A stretch of 32,000 nucleotides of DNA from Formosa sp. Hel1_33_131 (lineage in GTDB: Bacteria > Bacteroidota > Bacteroidia > Flavobacteriales > Flavobacteriaceae): assembly GCF_001735745.1 (NCBI RefSeq), contig NZ_CP017260.1, forward strand, positions 540,001 to 572,000, given 5' to 3'. This document shows positions 26,968 to 32,000 of this stretch, piece after piece. Each line of letters starts with the position of its first letter. The first letter of the stretch is position 1. The translations under genes and the position numbers were made by a program. The notes beneath the pieces are model-generated. The model was not told the origin of the DNA, ran no database searches, and was given only the letters and a program-made list of their open reading frames with translations.

Positions 26968-28440
26968 CTATCTAGAGTAGTTAGGTGCCTCTTTTGTAAT
27001 CATAACGTTGTGCGGATGGCTTTCACTAATTCCTGAGGAAGTAATTTTTACAAAACGACCTGTCTCTTTAAGTGTTTGAATGTCTTTAGCACCGCAATAG
27101 CCCATCCCTGCTCTGATGCCTCCAATAAATTGGTGGATACTTTCATACAGATCTCCTTTGTAAGGGACACGCCCTACAATTCCTTCGGGAACCAATTTTT
27201 TTATATCGTCCTCAACATCTTGAAAATAACGGTCTTTGCTACCTTCCTTCATAGCTTCTACAGAGCCCATTCCTCGGTACGATTTGAATTTACGACCTTC
27301 GTAGATGATGGTTTCTCCCGGCGATTCTTTGGTTCCTGCTAAGAGCGATCCTAGCATCACACAATCAGCACCGGCAGCTATTGCTTTTGGAATGTCTCCG
27401 GTATATCGAATCCCTCCATCTGCAATGACGGGCACGCCTGATCCTTTCAGTGCTGCTGCAACTTCAAGTACGGCGGAAAATTGTGGGAATCCAACACCTG
27501 CAACCACACGCGTTGTACAGATAGATCCTGGACCTATGCCGACTTTAACCGCATCGGCACCAGCTTCTACTAAATATTTAGCAGCTTCGGCTGTGGCTAT
27601 GTTTCCAACCACCACATCAAGGTCTGGGAATTTTGCTTTGATTAGTTTTAAAACACTCACAACTCCTTTGGTATGTCCATGAGCCGTATCAATAATAACG
27701 GCATCCACTCCAGATTTCACCAAGGCGGCGGTACGCTCCACGGCATCTTGTGTGACGCCAATGGCTGCGGCAACTCTGAGTCTGCCGTAGCTATCCTTGT
27801 TAGAAATTGGTTTCTGCGTAAGTTTTGTAATATCTCTAAAAGTGATAAGACCAACGAGTTTAAAGTTGGCATCCACTACAGGAAGTTTTTCAATTTTTTT
27901 CTTTTGTAAAATGACCTCTGCTTGTTGTAAGGAAGTTCCTTCAGAAGTGGTGACCAAACCTTCGGTGGTCATAATTTCAGTAATAGGACGGTTGCTTTCT
28001 TTTTCGAAACGTAAATCTCTATTGGTAACAATCCCTTTTAAGTAGCCGTCTTTATCAATGATTGGAATTCCGCCAATGCTGTGTTCTTTCATGCTCATCT
28101 GTGCATCTTTCACCGTCGCATCTAATGGCAAGGTCACTGGATCGATAATCATACCACTTTCAGCACGTTTTACTTTTCGAACCTTAATGGCCTGTTGTTC
28201 AATGGTCATGTTTTTATGCAACACACCAATACCGCCTTCACGCGCCATGGCAATGGCCATTTTACTTTCGGTAACGGTGTCCATTGCTGCCGAACTGATC
28301 GGAACATTCAACGAAATATTTCTGGTGAATTTAGATTTAATACTCACGTCACGTGGTAGTATTTCTGAATAGGCTGGTATTAAAAGGACGTCGTCGTAAG
28401 TAAGACCTTCGCCGACAATTTTGGATAGATGTGCATTCAT
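26968..28440 (-). CDS. guaB: IMP dehydrogenase
   Basis: 490 aa. CBS pair plus TIM barrel. Catalytic loop GIGPGSICTTR. Typical N-terminus LTYDDVLLIPAYSEILPRDV. Confidence 0.95.
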   Translation of the reverse strand: MNAHLSKIVGEGLTYDDVLLIPAYSEILPRDVSIKSKFTRNISLNVPISSAAMDTVTESKMAIAMAREGGIGVLHKNMTIEQQAIKVRKVKRAESGMIIDPVTLPLDATVKDAQMSMKEHSIGGIPIIDKDGYLKGIVTNRDLRFEKESNRPITEIMTTEGLVTTSEGTSLQQAEVILQKKKIEKLPVVDANFKLVGLITFRDITKLTQKPISNKDSYGRLRVAAAIGVTQDAVERTAALVKSGVDAVIIDTAHGHTKGVVSVLKLIKAKFPDLDVVVGNIATAEAAKYLVEAGADAVKVGIGPGSICTTRVVAGVGFPQFSAVLEVAAALKGSGVPVIADGGIRYTGDIPKAIAAGADCVMLGSLLAGTKESPGETIIYEGRKFKSYRGMGSVEAMKEGSKDRYFQDVEDDIKKLVPEGIVGRVPYKGDLYESIHQFIGGIRAGMGYCGAKDIQTLKETGRFVKITSSGISESHPHNVMITKEAPNYSR

Positions 28441-28463
28441 AGCAAATAGCTTATAATTGCATG

Positions 28464-28471
28464 CAAATTTA
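28464..28471 (-). promoter_or_regulatory. Candidate Bacteroidetes -7 box (TAAATTTG) for guaB
   Basis: The minus strand reads TAAATTTG, matching TAnnTTTG, 23 nt upstream of the guaB ATG. The nearest upstream TTG gives only about a 15-nt spacer, so support is partial. Confidence 0.3.
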
Positions 28472-28655
28472 AGATTTTTTTTAGTTCAATAAGGCATAAT
28501 ACTCTATTATTTAACAAAAACCATGAATTCACATATCTAATGGCATAAAACAATGCTATTAAGTTGCTATTTTTTATTGAACTAAATATTGATACCCTTT
28601 AAAATACTGAATTACAGATTTTTAATTTTTTTATCTTTATTTATTCTAAATAAGC

Positions 28656-28686
28656 TTTGTGAAACTAAAATTCATTTGTAACTTTG
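28656..28686 (+). promoter_or_regulatory. Candidate Bacteroidetes sigma-A promoter for the TonB-dependent receptor
   Basis: TTTG (28656-28659), a 19-nt spacer, then TAACTTTG (28679-28686). This matches the TTG/TAnnTTTG consensus reported for Bacteroidetes and lies 40 nt upstream of the ATG at 28727. Confidence 0.45.
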
Positions 28687-28726
28687 CGGCTGAAATTGAA
28701 CGCTATTTTTAATCAGTCTAAATAAA

Positions 28727-30943
28727 ATGAAAAACTTACTCAAACTTACCCTACTAGGAATTGGCATTTTAAACGCCCAAGAATCCACTAAAGCAACAGA
28801 TTCAATTCAAAAATTGGAACCTGTTTTCATCAATTCGCAAGTTATTTTTGGCAGTAAATATGAAGCTAAAAACAGAACAGGATCGTCTTTTTACCTCTCA
28901 CCAGAAGAATTAGAAAAATTCTCTTACTCAGATATCAATAGAGTCTTGAAATCAGTGCCTGGTGTGAATATTTACGAAGAAGATGGCTATGGATTGCGTC
29001 CAAACATCAGTCTTCGTGGAACCTCTCCAGAACGAAGTGCAAAAATATCCATCATGGAAGATGGCGTTTTGATTGCGCCAGCTCCTTACAGTGCGCCAGC
29101 CGCTTATTATTTCCCTTCGGTTGCCAGAATGCAAGCTGTTGAAATTCTAAAAGGAAGCAGTCAAATACAGTATGGTCCGTTTACAACTGGAGGTGCTATT
29201 AATTTGGTAAGTACGCAAATTCCTGATACTTTTAGAGGGAGTATAAAATCAAGTTACGGGAGCTTTAACACCAGTCAAACCCATTTAAAAATTGGAGATT
29301 CTAAAACCAATCTTGGGTATTCTCTTGAGTATCTAAATAACAATTCGGATGGTTTTAAAAACTTACCTAATGGTGACAATACTGGCTTTGACAAAAATGA
29401 TGTGGTGGCCAAGTTTCGACTTCAAAATAAACAGGATACAAAATTTAATCAATCGCTTGAATTTAAATTTCAATATTCCGATGAAACTTCCAATGAAACG
29501 TATCTTGGGTTAACCACTGAAGATTTTGAGTCCAATCCTTTCGATCGCTATGCAGGTTCCCAAAAAGATAAAATGACGAATGAGCACCTTCAATTTATGG
29601 TGACTCATAAAATAGAGGTATCTAAATTCTTAAGAGTTACGAGCAACGCTTATTATAACGATTTCTCACGGAATTGGTATAAACTAAATGACGTGGTCTT
29701 TGGCGGTGACAAAGTGAAGATTTCTAAAATACTTGAGGCACCTCAAGATTATCCTAGCTATATGGATATTGTCAATGGGACGTCTAACTCAGCTGCGGAT
29801 GCATTCGTCTTAAAAGCAAACAACCGAAGTTACCTCTCTAAAGGGGTGCAGACTAAATTGGACTTCCATTGGGACAGTGCAAATGTATTTCATGATATTG
29901 AAATTGGATTGCGTTACCATTATGATGAGGAAGACCGTTTTCAGTGGAAAGATGGTTACAGCATTACGGACGGACAGATGAATTTAACTTCCGCAGGCGC
30001 ACCAGGAAGTGATGCCAACCGCATCAGTAAAGCAACGGCTTTTGCAGGGTCTATTTTGTATAAATTAAAATATAAAAACATCACTATAACGCCTGGATTG
30101 CGTTACGAAGATATTGTATTGGGAAGAGACAATTTTGGAACTAGTGACCCTAGCAGAACTGGAGTTGACATTTCTAGTAGAGAAAATAAAGTCGCTATTT
30201 TTATTCCTGGCATCGGGTTCAATTATAAATTCAACAATTCGACTTCGGTATTTGGTGGGGTGCATAAAGGCTTTTCGCCTCCTGGAAATACAGTTGGACA
30301 AGAATCCGAAGAAAGTATCAATTACGAATTAGGGTCGCGTTTCAACTTCAAAGGATTACGCGGAGAGGTCGTTGGGTTTTACAACGATTACAGCAACTTG
30401 TTAGGGAGTGATTTAGCAGCTTCTGGCGGTACTGGGTCGTTAGAGCAATTTAACGCTGGAGAAGTGAGCGTGAAAGGAATTGAATTACTGCTAAATTATG
30501 ATCTACTCCAAAAGAATACGTCTTATGCGCTGCCTGTTACTTTCGGCTACACATTCACAGATGCGACCTTTTTAAATAGTTTTGGAAGTGATGACGGTTT
30601 GTGGGGTGAAGTTCAAAGTGGTGACGAGTTGCCTTATATCGCCAAGCATCAATTTAACACTTCTATATCTTTAGAGCATGCGAAGTTTGAGTTGAACTTG
30701 AGTGGGCGTTTGAATGGTGCTTTTAAAACCGAGGCGAGTGCAGATGCGGTCAACGCTGCTAATGGGATTACTTCTAACTTTATCATCGATTTTGTAGGGA
30801 AATACCATGTGACAAAAAGGTTTAGTTTTTCGGCTAAAATTATTAATGTTTTAGACAAAACCTATGCAGTTGCAAAAGTACCTGCTGGCTTACGCCCTGG
30901 ACATCCTTTTGGGATCTACGGAGGCCTGGACTTTAGATTCTAA
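28727..30943 (+). CDS. TonB-dependent outer-membrane receptor
   Basis: 738 aa. Signal peptide. Plug-domain motifs (ISLRGTSPERSAKISIMEDGVLIAPAPY, IEILKGSSQIQYGPFTTGGAINLV). C-terminal beta-barrel ending in the aromatic residue (GLDFRF). Confidence 0.9.
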   Translation: MKNLLKLTLLGIGILNAQESTKATDSIQKLEPVFINSQVIFGSKYEAKNRTGSSFYLSPEELEKFSYSDINRVLKSVPGVNIYEEDGYGLRPNISLRGTSPERSAKISIMEDGVLIAPAPYSAPAAYYFPSVARMQAVEILKGSSQIQYGPFTTGGAINLVSTQIPDTFRGSIKSSYGSFNTSQTHLKIGDSKTNLGYSLEYLNNNSDGFKNLPNGDNTGFDKNDVVAKFRLQNKQDTKFNQSLEFKFQYSDETSNETYLGLTTEDFESNPFDRYAGSQKDKMTNEHLQFMVTHKIEVSKFLRVTSNAYYNDFSRNWYKLNDVVFGGDKVKISKILEAPQDYPSYMDIVNGTSNSAADAFVLKANNRSYLSKGVQTKLDFHWDSANVFHDIEIGLRYHYDEEDRFQWKDGYSITDGQMNLTSAGAPGSDANRISKATAFAGSILYKLKYKNITITPGLRYEDIVLGRDNFGTSDPSRTGVDISSRENKVAIFIPGIGFNYKFNNSTSVFGGVHKGFSPPGNTVGQESEESINYELGSRFNFKGLRGEVVGFYNDYSNLLGSDLAASGGTGSLEQFNAGEVSVKGIELLLNYDLLQKNTSYALPVTFGYTFTDATFLNSFGSDDGLWGEVQSGDELPYIAKHQFNTSISLEHAKFELNLSGRLNGAFKTEASADAVNAANGITSNFIIDFVGKYHVTKRFSFSAKIINVLDKTYAVAKVPAGLRPGHPFGIYGGLDFRF

Positions 30944-30971
30944 ACTAAAAGAATTAAAAACCTCAAAAAAG

Positions 30972-31029
30972 CTGTCTAAAAAAAGTAGTAAATCTGTCAT
31001 TCTGAACCTACCTGACGGTAGTCAGGTTT
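30972..31029. repeat. Second (5'-half) copy of the palindromic intergenic repeat element
   Basis: ctgtctaaaaaaagtagtaaatctgtcattctgaacctacctgacggtagtcaggttt. It differs from 18818-18873 by 3 substitutions and a 2-nt A indel. It forms a shifted 7-bp hairpin acctgac-ggta-gtcaggt. Confidence 0.8.
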
Positions 31030-31066
31030 AGATTGACAAAGCAAACCTTTTTAGACACCTCTATTG

Positions 31067-31933
31067 TTAATGGTAAACAGAGAAAATTTTTGTGGCTTCG
31101 TTATAGGCACTTTCAAAACTAAGGGCATTCAAATTGGTTAGTGCTTTTTGAGCTGTGAAATAAGAGAGTAATTTTTCTGTTGGCATGTTACCTGTCAGAT
31201 CGTCTTTGGCCATCGGGCAGCCTCCAAACCCTTGAATCGCGCCATCAAATCGTAAACACCCAGCCTTATAAGCAGCATCTACTTTGGAATGCCAATGCAG
31301 AGGGTTCGTATGCAAGTGCGCCCCAAATTCGATATGGGGATAGGCGGGAATTAAATTTGAAAATAAATAGGAAATACTCTCAGGATTTGAACTGCCAATG
31401 GTATCACTTAAGGACAGTATTTCGACGCCCATTTTATGCAAGCGCTCCGTCCACTTAGAAACGATGTCAACATTCCAAGGATCACCATAGGGGTTTCCAA
31501 AAGCCATGGAGATGTACACCACAACGCGTTTATTGTTGGCTTGTGCAATTTCTAAAATCTCTTGGAGGGTTTCAATAGATTGCGCTATTGTTTTATGCGT
31601 GTTTCGCATTTGGAAATTTTCAGAGATTGAAAACGGATAGCCTAAAAAATCAATTTCTTTATGGGAGGCGGCAGCTAATGCGCCTCTACTGTTCGCTACA
31701 ATGGCGAGCAATTTACTTGTGGTTGTACTTAGGTCTAACTGGGACAATACCTCTGCCGTGTCAGCCATTTGAGGGATGGCTTTAGGCGATACAAAACTTC
31801 CAAAGTCAATGGTGTCAAAACCTACGCGCAACAACGATTGAAGGTACTGAACTTTTTGGGCGGTGGGTATAAACGCCTTGATGCCTTGCATGGCATCTCG
31901 TGGGCATTCAATTATTTTTAGTGGTGGTTGCAT
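31067..31933 (-). CDS. Hydroxymethylglutaryl-CoA lyase (HMGL-like family)
   Basis: 288 aa. N-terminal IIECPRDAMQG motif and HLHTNPLHW metal-site region typical of HMG-CoA lyase. Confidence 0.85.
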   Translation of the reverse strand: MQPPLKIIECPRDAMQGIKAFIPTAQKVQYLQSLLRVGFDTIDFGSFVSPKAIPQMADTAEVLSQLDLSTTTSKLLAIVANSRGALAAASHKEIDFLGYPFSISENFQMRNTHKTIAQSIETLQEILEIAQANNKRVVVYISMAFGNPYGDPWNVDIVSKWTERLHKMGVEILSLSDTIGSSNPESISYLFSNLIPAYPHIEFGAHLHTNPLHWHSKVDAAYKAGCLRFDGAIQGFGGCPMAKDDLTGNMPTEKLLSYFTAQKALTNLNALSFESAYNEATKIFSVYH

Positions 31934-32000
31934 CCAATTGATTCAGACTCTAAAATTACTATTATTTTTTGAAACGAGCACGCTAAAATTATGATCACCC

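Noticed and set aside
27076-28372. Five plus-strand ORFs of 78-125 aa antisense to guaB
   Set aside because: They are typical antisense shadows of a conserved, relatively GC-rich gene. The guaB translation is full-length and canonical.
1-32000. Looked for CRISPR arrays, IS elements or transposases, integrases, rRNA genes and known defence-system genes
   Set aside because: None were found. There are no regularly spaced direct repeats and none of the ORFs carry transposase, integrase or nuclease hallmarks.

Overview
AT-rich chromosomal window that looks Flavobacteriia-like (Bacteroidota), judged from gene content and TAnnTTTG-type promoter boxes. Four blocks. (1) 1-7703, minus strand: a tightly packed operon of exported proteins. 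It ends in a giant ORF (3770 to beyond position 1, at least 1256 codons) that is missing from the supplied ORF track because it runs off the window edge. Its N-terminus resembles SpvB/TcdB-type Rhs/Tc toxin proteins. Upstream lie an Skp/OmpH gene split from its signal peptide by an in-frame TAA, a tail-fibre-like repeat protein, a DUF2059-like protein, a lipoprotein and a Gly-rich secreted protein. (2) 7898-14146, plus strand: a compact, translationally coupled type IV filament / T2SS-like cluster (pilin, short A24 prepilin peptidase, PilB/GspE ATPase, secretin, PilM-PilN-like fusion, PilO-like). No PilC/GspF platform gene, retraction ATPase or minor pilins are present in the cluster. It is followed by tRNA-Leu(GAG). 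(3) 14365-18825: a light-regulated carotenoid cluster (CarH-type B12 MerR photoreceptor, crtI, crtB, crtZ, fused lycopene cyclase). (4) 19246-31933: housekeeping genes (aconitase, MoxR ATPase, three SurA/PpiC-type chaperones, guaB, a TonB-dependent receptor, HMG-CoA lyase). The intergenic regions carry a repeated palindromic element (two copies) and several hairpins. No CRISPR array, IS element, integrase or rRNA was seen. The most interesting candidates are the unlisted giant toxin-like gene with its operon and the platform-less pilus/secretion cluster.
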